The translations under genes were made by a program, and so were the position numbers. Under the pieces are notes generated by a model. The model did not search any database. It saw nothing but the letters and a program-made list of their open reading frames with translations, and was not told where the DNA came from. A stretch of DNA of 63,493 bases, counting the filler. It is 3 parts of 3 records of this genome, joined end to end, with 100 filler letters (N's around TTAATTAATTAA, not from the genome) between each part and the next. Parts side by side here need not be neighbours in the genome. Positions count along the whole stretch, not along the records: positions 15,822 to 33,229 come from SRR31156797_4475; positions 33,330 to 63,493 come from SRR31156797_4480; 1 more part is not named here. One strand, 5' to 3'. Shown here piece by piece: positions 25,996 to 36,300 of the stretch (the stretch's first letter is position 1; each line of letters opens with the position of its first letter).

Positions 25996-28011
25996 TTAAT
26001 CCCTTTGCTCCATGATTTTCTTTTCTATAAGCTTTTGAATATCTAATATCAACGCTATCTCTCCACTTCCTAAAATAGTACTTCCTGAGATACCAGCAAC
26101 ATTTTCAAATAACTCCCCTAAAGGTTTTATAACTGTTTGAAACTCACCATACAACTCATCTACTAATAATCCCATCTGAGTATTTCCATATTTCACCACC
26201 ACAATATTTTGTCTCATATCACTTTTTTCCACTTCATCATCAAAATAATGCGCCACATTTAAAACAGGTAAAATATTTGAGCGAAGAGTGATATACCCTT
26301 TTTCTTTAAGTTTTTGTTTTGTTTTATGATCAAACTCTATACACTTTAAGATCATATCAAGTGGAATAATATATTTTAAACTTCCACTTTGGACTAAAAA
26401 TCCATCAATGATCGCTAAAGTGAGTGGTAATCTTATAGTTAAAGTAGTCCCTACTCCTAGAGTACTTTCAATCTCTACAGTTCCTCTGAGCTCTTCAATA
26501 TTTTTACGTACCACATCCATTCCAACTCCACGACCAGAGATATCTGAGATCTCTTTTGCTGTTGAAAACCCTGGAGCAAATATCAATTTATATATTTGAG
26601 AGTCACTTAATACCTCATCACTCTTTACAAGCCCTTTTTCTAGTGCTTTATTGAAAATAAGCTCTTTATCGATCCCTGCTCCATCATCAGATATCTCAAT
26701 TACTATAGTTCCTGCATCAGGATATGCTTTTAAAAGGATATTCCCTTGTGGCGATTTTCCATTTTCTATTCTAATTTCAGGGGTTTCTATAGCATGATCA
26801 ACAGAGTTTCTTAACATATGTACAATAGGATCAGAGATCTTTTCTATCACTGTTTTATCAAGTTCAGTCTCAGCTCCTAAGATTTGAAAATTGATATCTT
26901 TTCCCATTTTTTTTGCAGTATCACTCACTATTCTTCTAAACTTATTAAATGAATCCCCCACTTGCATCATCCGAATATTCATAATCCCTTCTCGAACCTC
27001 TTCAAGCATAGTAGATAGCTCTAAAACAACCTCTTCAAAATCATTATCTTTTATATTTTGTGTGTATTCTATGATCTTAGCATTGGTGATCACCACTTCA
27101 CTGATTTGTTTGATAAGAGTATCTATTTTTGAAGAATCAACCTTTATAGGAAAGGTTTTATTACTATCATCTTTTTTACTAGGGGGAACTATTTTATTTT
27201 GGGTTTCTACCTTTTTTGAAATAGAAGACTCTTCTATTCTAAGCTCTTGTGGGCTATCTTCTTTTTCTTTCTCTTTTTTATCAAGATTTGTAATAGCTAA
27301 TTCTATATCCTCTTGCACAAATTCAAAAGCATCTACAAGCTCTTGCTCACACTCACTTGTGGTATATACAACTATCAGTTTCAAATAGGCATTTAAAGGG
27401 GAGAGTTCAGATATATCTGGGATATTACTTGTATCTATCTTGACACTCCCAATATCCCCAATCACATCAAGATATCGTAAAATAGAAGTAAGCTCCATAC
27501 CTGAAGTGAAAAAATTCTCTTTTAACTCTATCTCTATTTTATAGTTTGTCTCAGCACTTTGATCTTCATTTTTTTGGTCACTATGCATATCATTAGACAC
27601 ACTATTATTTGACTCTTCCTCTCCTAAAAATATATTTAGCTGCTCCAACAACTCATCATGGTACTCTTGAGCATCTGTGTCTAAAGGCTCGTTAGCAACA
27701 GCAAGATCGATCAATGTTTTTGAATGATCATTAATAAGTAAAAAAAGCTCTATCATCTCTTCAGTAATTTTGATCTTACCATTTCGTATCTCATCAAGCA
27801 GGTTTTCTGCCACATGAGCAAAGGCAACAATATGATCAAAGCTAAACATACTAGAGTTTCCTTTCATAGTATGCATAGCACGGAAAAGTTTATTAATCAT
27901 CTCAGAGTCAATCTCATCAATTGATATTTCAGAGATATCCAATAGTGTATCTTCCATTATACTCAATTGCTCATCCATATCCTCGCAAAATAGCTGTAGT
28001 TCTTCTGTCAT
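25996..28011 (-). CDS. cheA: Chemotaxis histidine kinase CheA
   Basis: Hpt FRAMHTMKG, HMLRNSVDH, DDGAG, GFSTA..SGRGVGMDVV, and a C-terminal CheW domain. No fused REC domain. Confidence 0.97.
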   Translation of the reverse strand: MTEELQLFCEDMDEQLSIMEDTLLDISEISIDEIDSEMINKLFRAMHTMKGNSSMFSFDHIVAFAHVAENLLDEIRNGKIKITEEMIELFLLINDHSKTLIDLAVANEPLDTDAQEYHDELLEQLNIFLGEEESNNSVSNDMHSDQKNEDQSAETNYKIEIELKENFFTSGMELTSILRYLDVIGDIGSVKIDTSNIPDISELSPLNAYLKLIVVYTTSECEQELVDAFEFVQEDIELAITNLDKKEKEKEDSPQELRIEESSISKKVETQNKIVPPSKKDDSNKTFPIKVDSSKIDTLIKQISEVVITNAKIIEYTQNIKDNDFEEVVLELSTMLEEVREGIMNIRMMQVGDSFNKFRRIVSDTAKKMGKDINFQILGAETELDKTVIEKISDPIVHMLRNSVDHAIETPEIRIENGKSPQGNILLKAYPDAGTIVIEISDDGAGIDKELIFNKALEKGLVKSDEVLSDSQIYKLIFAPGFSTAKEISDISGRGVGMDVVRKNIEELRGTVEIESTLGVGTTLTIRLPLTLAIIDGFLVQSGSLKYIIPLDMILKCIEFDHKTKQKLKEKGYITLRSNILPVLNVAHYFDDEVEKSDMRQNIVVVKYGNTQMGLLVDELYGEFQTVIKPLGELFENVAGISGSTILGSGEIALILDIQKLIEKKIMEQRD

Positions 28012-28280
28012 AAAGTGATCCCTAGAAGCTCATCTATCCCATAGAGTTTAAAACTATTTTTTAGCTCTTTTGAGTTTATATTAGTGATCTTGAGATCTAT
28101 ACTGTTTTGTTGACAATATTTATGAATCGATAAGATAAGTTGGATATTTCCAAGATCGATCTTTTCCACATTTGCAAAGTTAAGGGTAAAAGATTTTTTT
28201 GCTTTTTTAAGCTCAGTGAAAACTTTTTTATAAAAGTTTTCAAGTTCGTACATATTGAGGTCTGTACTAGAGATTTTCAC
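28008..28280 (-). CDS. STAS-domain protein
   Basis: 90 aa with the LNFANVEKIDLGNIQLI STAS pattern, located between cheY and cheA. Confidence 0.8.
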   Translation of the reverse strand: MKISSTDLNMYELENFYKKVFTELKKAKKSFTLNFANVEKIDLGNIQLILSIHKYCQQNSIDLKITNINSKELKNSFKLYGIDELLGITL

Positions 28281-28283
28281 AAT

Positions 28284-28649
28284 CTATCCAATAAGTTTCA
28301 TAACAGCTTTTAAAAAACTTGTTTCATTAAAAGGCTTCACCATCCAAGCTTTCACACCAAGAGCTCTCCCTTGTGCCTTTAACTCTTCACTAGTTTCAGT
28401 TGTAAGCATCACTATTGGTGTATATTTTTTCTTCTCATTTTGTTTGATTTGTTCAACCATAGACATCCCGTCTAAAACAGGCATATTTATATCAGATAAG
28501 ATCAGATCCACCTCATTTGCTTCAAGTACTTCTAAACCCTCTTGACCATTTGAGGCACTTAAAACATTATATCCTGCATTTTTTGCAGCTTTTGTGACAA
28601 CATGTCTAATCATAGAAGAATCATCTACTACTAATATAGTTTTTGCCAT
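28284..28649 (-). CDS. cheY: CheY response regulator
   Basis: Motifs VVDDS, SDINMP, MLTTE and WMVKPF. Confidence 0.93.
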   Translation of the reverse strand: MAKTILVVDDSSMIRHVVTKAAKNAGYNVLSASNGQEGLEVLEANEVDLILSDINMPVLDGMSMVEQIKQNEKKKYTPIVMLTTETSEELKAQGRALGVKAWMVKPFNETSFLKAVMKLIG

Positions 28650-28658
28650 AATGAACCT

Positions 28659-29018
28659 TTATTCTATTTTCTCTATTAATTTTTTGAGTTTCTCTTCATT
28701 GATAGGTTTTTTAACAGCATCGATTGCCCCTAAAGCTAATATTTTTTTGATGAACTGAGCATTGACAACAGATGTAACCATAGCTACATTAGCTTCACTG
28801 TCATACTCTTTGATTTTTTGAAGCATCCCATACCCATCAAGTTCAGGCATCTCCACATCACTTAAAACGAGATCAGGTTGTAACTCCTTATATTTTTCAA
28901 ACCCCTCTAGTCCATCTGATGCTTCCCCAATTATCTCATGCCCAAGTTTTTTTAAAACCTTACCAACAATGAGCTTGGATGCTTTTGCGTCATCAACTAA
29001 TAATATTCTTTTAGACAA
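28659..29018 (-). CDS. cheY: Second CheY-like single-domain response regulator
   Basis: Motifs LVDDA, GEASDG, SDVEMP, MVTS and KKP. TTG start with an AAGG RBS. Confidence 0.85.
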   Translation of the reverse strand: MSKRILLVDDAKASKLIVGKVLKKLGHEIIGEASDGLEGFEKYKELQPDLVLSDVEMPELDGYGMLQKIKEYDSEANVAMVTSVVNAQFIKKILALGAIDAVKKPINEEKLKKLIEKIE

Positions 29019-29197
29019 ACCACTACCTTTTACTCTATTTCATTTCTTTTACATTGTAATTGTATTGTAATGATATAATACAAAAATATTTATTAAATTA
29101 GATAAAATAATATAACTTTTGTTTGTAATACTTTAAAAATTGCTAATTATCTTTTAAAATATATGATCCTAACAAATTATGTTATTTAGGTTATTTT

Positions 29198-29575
29198 TTA
29201 TTTCTTTACTACTAACTTTATATCAAGCTCTTCAAAATCCTCTTGAAAATCTTCTCCTGCTTCTTCTGAAGAGAAATCCTCTTCATCATATATCCAATTG
29301 ATTTCGATTTGAGTTGTATCTTTGTTTTCTAAAAATAGATCAAACATATCAAAGAATAATTTTGAGCTACTTGAGTTAAAATATGTTATTTCAAAGTTCA
29401 CTATAGTTTCTGGTGCACAATTTGAATCAAAGTATTCTTTTAACCATTCCATTACTGGCTTGTAAAACTCAAATGTATTTTCAGAATAAGATTTTCCAGC
29501 TATTGAAAATACGCCATTTGAATCCAACTCTATAGCAGGGGTATATTGTGTTGCTTCTATATATAATTTTTCCAT
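29198..29575 (-). CDS. siaC: SiaC-family (DUF1987) regulatory phosphoprotein
   Basis: Motifs ATQYTP, GKSYSEN..FYKP..WL, YFNSSSSK and INWIYDEED..E.GEDF. Confidence 0.88.
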   Translation of the reverse strand: MEKLYIEATQYTPAIELDSNGVFSIAGKSYSENTFEFYKPVMEWLKEYFDSNCAPETIVNFEITYFNSSSSKLFFDMFDLFLENKDTTQIEINWIYDEEDFSSEEAGEDFQEDFEELDIKLVVKK

Positions 29576-29591
29576 TTTGTCCTCTTTTTAT

Positions 29592-29747
29592 TTAAACTTT
29601 AAATCCTATTAAAGTTACATCATCATTTCTTTCTTCTTTTCCTTGATAAAGATAAAGTTCTTCTAAAAACACCTCTTGTTGGTCTGCAAAACTCTCTTTA
29701 TAGTACTCTTCAATGATTTTAGCAAATCTTTTCTTACCAAAACAATA
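29592..29747 (-). pseudogene. C-terminal remnant of a SpoIIE/SiaA-like phosphatase
   Basis: Reads YCFGKKRFAKIIEEYYKESFADQQEVFLEELYLYQGKEERNDDVTLIGFKV*, which aligns by eye with the C-terminus of the 16501-18507 protein. There is no ATG/GTG/TTG between it and the upstream in-frame TGA. Confidence 0.8.
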
Positions 29748-29894
29748 GTTTTTTAAAATTATACTAACAACTCAATACTAAACTTTAGCAAACAAATCAA
29801 TTCTCATCTTTTTTAGATCAACGACACAAGATTTATTTAATAATTTGATGTTATACTTCAAGTGTAACTAAAATGTAAAACAAAAGGGGTGTCA

Positions 29895-30434
29895 ATGAGA
29901 GGGGTTGTATTTACTGAACTTATAGAGTTCGTAGAAAATAAATTAGGTTTTGATGTGGCTGATAAAATGATAGAACAAGCTCACTTATCCCATGGAGGTT
30001 CTTTTACTCAAGGTGGAAACTATCCTTTTGCTGAGATGCAAAAACTTCTCATGTCCCTCTCATCCATCACAGGAAAAGCACCAGATGAACTTTTAGAAAT
30101 ATTTGGAGAGCATCTTTTTAATATATTAGTTAAAATCTATGGGAAAGATATTAAAGAGGATCAAAACGCCTTAGATTTTATAGACAGTGTTGAAGAGTAT
30201 GTTCATGTGGAAGTAAAAAAGCTCTATCCTGACGCCGAGCTTCCTACTTTTACTACCACTTATAAAGATGATACTAAACTAATCATTATCTATAAATCAG
30301 AAAAAAGACTTGATGCCTTTGCTATTGGACTTATCAAATCGTGTGGTGAATATTTTGGAGAAAAGCTTAAAGTGAGTAAAAATATTATAAGTGAATCACC
30401 GTATAAGGTGGAATTTACAATTACTAAACTATAA
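29895..30434 (+). CDS. H-NOX (heme NO-binding) protein
   Basis: MRGVVF start, Y..EM motif, FGEHLF, proximal His in VHVEVKKLYPDAELP, and YKSEKR at the YxSxR position. Confidence 0.9.
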   Translation: MRGVVFTELIEFVENKLGFDVADKMIEQAHLSHGGSFTQGGNYPFAEMQKLLMSLSSITGKAPDELLEIFGEHLFNILVKIYGKDIKEDQNALDFIDSVEEYVHVEVKKLYPDAELPTFTTTYKDDTKLIIIYKSEKRLDAFAIGLIKSCGEYFGEKLKVSKNIISESPYKVEFTITKL

Positions 30435-30444
30435 AGTTTGATCT

Positions 30445-31755
30445 ATGGAAACTACTGAAAACCCTTGGCAAAAACGTTTTGAAAGGGAAAGAACAGCACG
30501 AAAAGAGAGTGAAAGGCTTCTAGAAGAGAAAAGCCATGAGCTTTGGCAGATCAACCAAGGTTTAGAAAAAGAGGTTCAAACACGAACAAAATCACTTAAA
30601 CAAGCTCTTTTAGAAGCAGAAAATGCCAATAAAGCAAAATCTACATTTTTAGCAAATATGAGCCATGAGATACGTACTCCACTCAACTCTATTATAGGGT
30701 TTTCAAATATTCTTTTCAGTGATGAGTCTCTCTCTTTGCAAAATAAAAAATTTGCTTCTTTGATCCACTCAAGTGCAGAATCACTCCATACTATTATCAA
30801 TGATATCTTAGATATCTCTAAGATTCAAAGTGGAACATTTGATATTAACTACTCCACAACAGATATCTTTGAGGTGTGTGAACATACCTATCATCTTTTT
30901 GATCAAAGAGCAAAAGATAAAAATGTCCAATTGATCTTTGCTATTGAAGATACTATCCCACAATTTGTGCATATAGACCCAATTAGACTCAAACAAGTAT
31001 TATCAAACTTTTTAAGCAATGCCATTAAATTTACTCCAACAAATGGTTTTATCTTTTTTGATGTGGCTTTAAAAGAAAAGAAACCTTCTCATGTTTCTAT
31101 AGAGTTTTTAGTAAAAGATACTGGTATCGGTATTCCAGAACATAAGTTAAGTGATATTTTTAACCCTTTTATCCAAGTTGATAATCAAACAAATAAAAAA
31201 TATGAAGGAACAGGTTTAGGACTGAGTATCTGTAAACATATCATTGAATCAATGGAGTCTGAGATCATTTTAGAAAGTACTGTAAGTGAGGGAACCACTT
31301 TCTCTTTTACTCTTGATCTAAAAATAATTGATGATAAGATTAACTCACTCAATGATCAAAATAAAGCGGATAAAAAACAACAGTTTGATGGAAAAATATT
31401 AGTAGCTGAAGATAATCTAGCGAATCAAGAACTTATTAAGATACATCTTAATAATTTAAATTTAGAGTTTGATATAGCCAATAATGGGATTGAAGCACTG
31501 GCTCTTTTTCAAAAAAACTCCTATGATGCACTTTTACTTGATGATAATATGCCCGAGCTTAGTGGACAAGATGCATACAAGCAAATTATAGAATATGAAA
31601 AGCTTCATAATCTTTCCCACACTCCAACTGCTATCTTAACAGCAAACGCAATTAAAGGAGATCAAGAAAAGTATCTCTCTTTAGGTTTTGATGCTTATTT
31701 ATCAAAACCTATCCAACTAGATAAAATAGTATCTTTTTTCCAACAATACCTCTAA
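30445..31755 (+). CDS. Soluble hybrid histidine kinase (HisKA-HATPase-REC), H-NOX associated
   Basis: N-terminal [20 protein letters not shown] coil, then [31 protein letters not shown] and a C-terminal REC domain. Confidence 0.93.
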   Translation: METTENPWQKRFERERTARKESERLLEEKSHELWQINQGLEKEVQTRTKSLKQALLEAENANKAKSTFLANMSHEIRTPLNSIIGFSNILFSDESLSLQNKKFASLIHSSAESLHTIINDILDISKIQSGTFDINYSTTDIFEVCEHTYHLFDQRAKDKNVQLIFAIEDTIPQFVHIDPIRLKQVLSNFLSNAIKFTPTNGFIFFDVALKEKKPSHVSIEFLVKDTGIGIPEHKLSDIFNPFIQVDNQTNKKYEGTGLGLSICKHIIESMESEIILESTVSEGTTFSFTLDLKIIDDKINSLNDQNKADKKQQFDGKILVAEDNLANQELIKIHLNNLNLEFDIANNGIEALALFQKNSYDALLLDDNMPELSGQDAYKQIIEYEKLHNLSHTPTAILTANAIKGDQEKYLSLGFDAYLSKPIQLDKIVSFFQQYL

Positions 31756-31770
31756 GGATAAAAGCAAACT

Positions 31771-32925
31771 TTATATCTGTGGAAAGTTTGCTAACTTCAT
31801 AAAGAGTTTACTCACTGGTTCTATCAAGTTATCATTAAAATCATAGCAAGTATTATGGCATGGATAGTTCTTATTATATTTCTCTCCAGCGCCTATAAGA
31901 ATAAAAGCTCCTGGAATCTGCTCTAAATAATAAGAAAAATCCTCTGAAGCCATAATAGGACTGATATGATCACTTTGCCAATCTTCTCCCCACTCTTTTT
32001 TCAAAAGCTCCCTTACTTTATAAGCTGCATCTGCATTATTTACTGTAGCCCCATACCGTTTTTTAAATACTACTTTAGCCTCTACGCCATACGCTTTTGC
32101 CGTTGCTTGTGCTATCTGTTGAATAGATTCAGCGATCTCATCTCTCATAGTATTATCAGCGATCCTAATACTACCATGAAGTTTTGCTTTTGAGGGGATA
32201 GTAGTCAGTCCACTTGGAGCCATAATAGAAGTCACTGAAACTACGGCTACTTTTTGTGGTGCCATTTGTCTGCTAACTATTTGCTGTAAAGCCATGGTAA
32301 TGGCTGAAGCAGCTAATACAGGATCTTTACAAATTTCTGGTTGAGAAGAGTGTCCTCCCACACCAAGTACTTCTATCTCAAAAGTTCCATTTCCTGCCAT
32401 CACTATTCCATCAGGACATAAAGCTTGACCAAAGTTTATAGCAGGCCAATTATGCCATCCAAAAATTGTATCAACCTCTTTTAACGCTCCACTCTCAAGT
32501 ATAGCTTTTGCTCCATGTCCCCCCTCTTCAGCTGGTTGGAAGATAAGAGTAACTGGCCCTAAAAGCTCTTTTTCATGCTGTTTCATCCAAAGTGCTGCTG
32601 CAATAAGTGTAGCTGTATGCCCATCATGACCACATGCATGCATACAGTTTTCATGATGTGAAGCGTATTCTAGTTTTGTCTCTTCTTGCATTGGAAGTGC
32701 ATCAATATCTGCTCTAAGAGCTACATGCTCCCCTTTTGCATCTGGAGCTAAAGTTGCAACAGTTCCTGTTTTTGCACACTCTTTCCAAGAGATATTATGT
32801 AGATCAAGCACTTTTCTTATCTTTTTTGCTGTTTCATACTCTTCCCAAGAGATCTCAGGATTTGCATGAAGAAGATGTCGAAACTCTTTTGCGAACTTCA
32901 CTACCTCATCAAAACTTTTATACAT
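31771..32925 (-). CDS. M20D amidohydrolase, probably N-acetyl-diaminobutyrate deacetylase by context
   Basis: Motifs LHANPE, RADIDALP, MHACGHDGH, FQPAEE and SEDF. Directly downstream of the ectoine hydrolase gene. Confidence 0.8.
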   Translation of the reverse strand: MYKSFDEVVKFAKEFRHLLHANPEISWEEYETAKKIRKVLDLHNISWKECAKTGTVATLAPDAKGEHVALRADIDALPMQEETKLEYASHHENCMHACGHDGHTATLIAAALWMKQHEKELLGPVTLIFQPAEEGGHGAKAILESGALKEVDTIFGWHNWPAINFGQALCPDGIVMAGNGTFEIEVLGVGGHSSQPEICKDPVLAASAITMALQQIVSRQMAPQKVAVVSVTSIMAPSGLTTIPSKAKLHGSIRIADNTMRDEIAESIQQIAQATAKAYGVEAKVVFKKRYGATVNNADAAYKVRELLKKEWGEDWQSDHISPIMASEDFSYYLEQIPGAFILIGAGEKYNKNYPCHNTCYDFNDNLIEPVSKLFMKLANFPQI

Positions 32926-32931
32926 ATTTTC

Positions 32932-33228
32932 TCACTTTATAAATAATTTTCTTGGAAAATCACAAAGGGTTTCAACTCCCTCTTCAGTGATCAAAATACT
33001 CTCAGTGATCTCCATCCCCCAATCACCTTGCCAAATCCCTGGCATAAAATGAAAGGTCATTCCTGGCTCTAGTACTGTAAGATCACTTGATCGTATACTG
33101 CAAGTTCTTTCACCCCAATCAGGTGGATAACTGACCCCTATAGGATATCCACATCTTGCACCATATCTATCAATTCCCACATCAGCCATCACTTTATCTA
33201 CTGCATTTGCAATATCACAAGTTCTATT
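32932..33228 (-). CDS. doeA: Ectoine hydrolase DoeA/EutD (M24 family), C-terminal part; 5' end beyond contig
   Basis: RCGYPIGVSYPPDWGERT..LEPGMTFHFMPGIW..WGMEITESILIT is the characteristic DoeA C-terminus. Confidence 0.88.
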   Translation of the reverse strand, partial: NRTCDIANAVDKVMADVGIDRYGARCGYPIGVSYPPDWGERTCSIRSSDLTVLEPGMTFHFMPGIWQGDWGMEITESILITEEGVETLCDFPRKLFIK

Positions 33229-33229
33229 T

Positions 33230-33329
33230 NNNNNNNNNNNNNNNNNNNNNNNNNNNNNNNNNNNNNNNNNNNNTTAATTAATTAANNNNNNNNNNNNNNN
33301 NNNNNNNNNNNNNNNNNNNNNNNNNNNNN
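33230..33329. other. Artificial contig spacer
   Basis: 100 nt of N with a central TTAATTAATTAA. Confidence 0.99.
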
Positions 33330-36300
33330 CTCGATCCGCTGACCGGTGAAGTTATTGTAGCTCCGGGAACACCCGCAGGTACCTATGAACTCGTATATGA
33401 AATTTGTGAGATTGTTAACCCCGCAAATTGCGATCAGGCTACGGTTACTGTAATCGTATCTGCTCCTGAAATCATTGCCAATGACGATAATGGAGACGTA
33501 ATCAATAGTTTCACTGGTGGCGTTTCCGTTGCCGATGTGCTGGAGAACGATCTCCTCAATGGCGATCCTGTGGAAATAGCTGAAGTAACCTTAACTGATA
33601 TCAGCTCTACCCATCCGGACGTGACCCTCGATCCGCTTACCGGTGAGGTAAACGTTGCTTCCGGAACTCCGGCAGGAGACTATGAACTGGTTTATGAGAT
33701 TTGTGAGATTCTCAATCCGACAAATTGTGACCAGGCCACTGCTTTTGTTCCTGTTGAAGCTCCTGCAATCATCGCTAACGATGACAACGGAACAGCCGTT
33801 AATGGATATGAAGGAGGTGTTTCGGTTGTGGATGTGCTGGTGAACGACCTGCTCAATGGTGAACCTGTTGACCCAACGGACATCACACTTACAGAGATAA
33901 GCAGTGAGAATCCGGGTGTTTCGCTGAATCCGTTAACAGGTGAAGTGGTTGTTGCACCCGGAACGCCTGAAGGCGTTTATGAACTGGTGTATGAGATTTG
34001 CGAAATTGTGAATCCGACAAACTGCGACCAGGCTACAGTTACTGTTCCTGTGGAAGCACCCGATATCGATGCAATAGATGATATCGGCACACCACTTAAC
34101 GGTTTTGCCGGAGGCGTTGCAGTACCGGATGTTCTGGTTAATGACGAACTCAACGGTGAACTTGTTGACCCGGCTGAAATAACGCTTACGGAGATCAGTT
34201 CAACGCATCCTGGGGTCACCCTCGATCCAGTATCCGGTGCAGTAAATGTTGCTGCAGGAACCCCTGCAGGTAACTATGAGCTGGTATATGAGATTTGCGA
34301 AATCCTGAATCCGGCAAACTGCGATCAGGCCACCGTGTTTGTTGAGGTACTGTTTTCCACAATTGTTGCCAATGATGATTTGGGCAATCCGGTTAATGGA
34401 TATGTGGGAGGTTCATCATTGCCAAATGTACTGGTAAACGATGAGTTAAACGGACTTCCTGTTGATATTGCTGATGTTACCATAACCCAGAACAGCACTA
34501 CTATCTCATCCGTTGCACTAAACGAATTAACCGGTGAAGTAACTGTAGGGCCGGGAACACCGGCAGATACTTATGAAATTGTTTATGAGATTTGCGAGAT
34601 TCTGAATCCGGATAACTGCGATATTGCTACGGTAACCGTTCCGGTGGTAGCAGCAGAAATCATTGCCAATGATGATACCGGCGATCCGGTAAACGGATTT
34701 GTTGGTGGAACTTCATTTTTCGATGTGTTGACCAACGACCTCCTGAATGGCGTTCAGGTTGATCCTACCGAAATTACACTTACTGAAATCAGTTCAACAA
34801 ATCCTGGCGTAACCCTCGATCCGGTTACCGGTAACGTGAATGTTGCTGCCGGAACGCCAGCAGGCAATTATGAGCTGGTGTATAAGATTTGCGAAATCCT
34901 GAATCCTGAAAACTGCGATCAGGCAACGGTAACTGTTCCGGTTACTGCACCTGAAATCATCGCCAATGATGACAATGGTGGCCCTGTAAATGGTTATGAA
35001 GGTGGTGTAGGTGTTCCCAATGTGTTGGTCAATGATTTGCTAAACGGTGATCCTGTCGATCCGGCTGATGTAACCCTAACTGAGATCAGCAGCGAAAATC
35101 CGGGTATCACCCTCGATCCGATAACCGGTGAAGTGAACGTTGCCCCCGGCACATCTGCCGGAACCTTTGAGCTGGTATATGAAATTTGTGAGGTCACCAA
35201 TCCGACAAACTGCGATCAGGCTGTTGTAACTGTTGAAGTTGTAGCTCCTGAAATTATTGCAAACGATGATTTCGGTGGCCCGGTTAACGGATATGAAGGT
35301 GGTGTGGGCGTTGCAGATGTCTTGGTAAATGACCTGCTCAACGGACTTGCTATCGATCCCACCGAAGTCACGCTTTCACAAATCAGTACAGAAGATCCTG
35401 GAATAACCCTTGATCCGCTATCCGGTGAGGTAACGGTAGCAGCAGGTACAGCTGCCGGAATCTATGAGCTGGTTTACGAAATTTGTGAAGTGATCAACCC
35501 GACAAATTGTGACCAGGCTGTGGTAACGATTGAAGTGGTTGCTCCTGAAATCATCGCCAATGATGATACCGGAACCGCTGTGAACGGTGCAGTTGGCGGT
35601 GTTTCATTTGACGATGTGCTTGTAAACGACCTCCTGAATGGTGATCCCGTTGATCCTGCTGACATCACCCTTTCCGAAATCAGTTCATCCAACCCGGGTG
35701 TTTCATTGGATCCGGTTACCGGTGAAGTGATTGTCGCGCCGGGAACACCTGCAGGCAACTACGAGCTGGTTTATGAGATTTGCGAAATTCTCAATCCAAC
35801 AAATTGCGACCAGGCCACAGTAACCGTTCCCGTGTTTGTGGAACCGGTACTTGAATTTTGTTTCAACGAGGAGGAAGCAGTAAATGGAAATACACAGTTC
35901 TTCTGTTCAACTGAAGAAATTGCATTCACACTCTGTGATATCTTTGAAGGCCAGGCACCATTTAGCATTTGCTGGGAAGTGGAAGGTGTTCCGGATTGCG
36001 ATTTGATCGTGAATCTGGGCGACACACTGTTTATCGATTTCTTCGATCCGGGCACCTACAATGTACATGTTACATCCATTGCGGATAACCTCGGAACAAG
36101 TGTTACAGACCTTTCTTCATATGATTTCTCCTTTGAAGTGGTTACCGGCCCAGAAGCGTTCGCCGGCCCTGATGCACTGGTATGCGAAAATTTCAACCAT
36201 CCGCTTAGTGCTGCAGTAGCAAGCAATTACAGTGAGCTGCAATGGACAGGTGGTGATGGTAGTTTCGTGCCTTCCGCACAGATGTTGAATCCACTTTATA

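Noticed and set aside
13736-29575. Linking the segment-1 diguanylate cyclase to segment-2 SiaC as a SiaD equivalent
   Set aside because: They lie on different contigs, from apparently different phyla, separated by an artificial spacer.
33462-35837. Regular repeats as a possible CRISPR array or DGR template
   Set aside because: They are 297-nt in-frame coding units with synonymous divergence. There are no short repeat-spacer units, cas genes or reverse transcriptase anywhere in the window.
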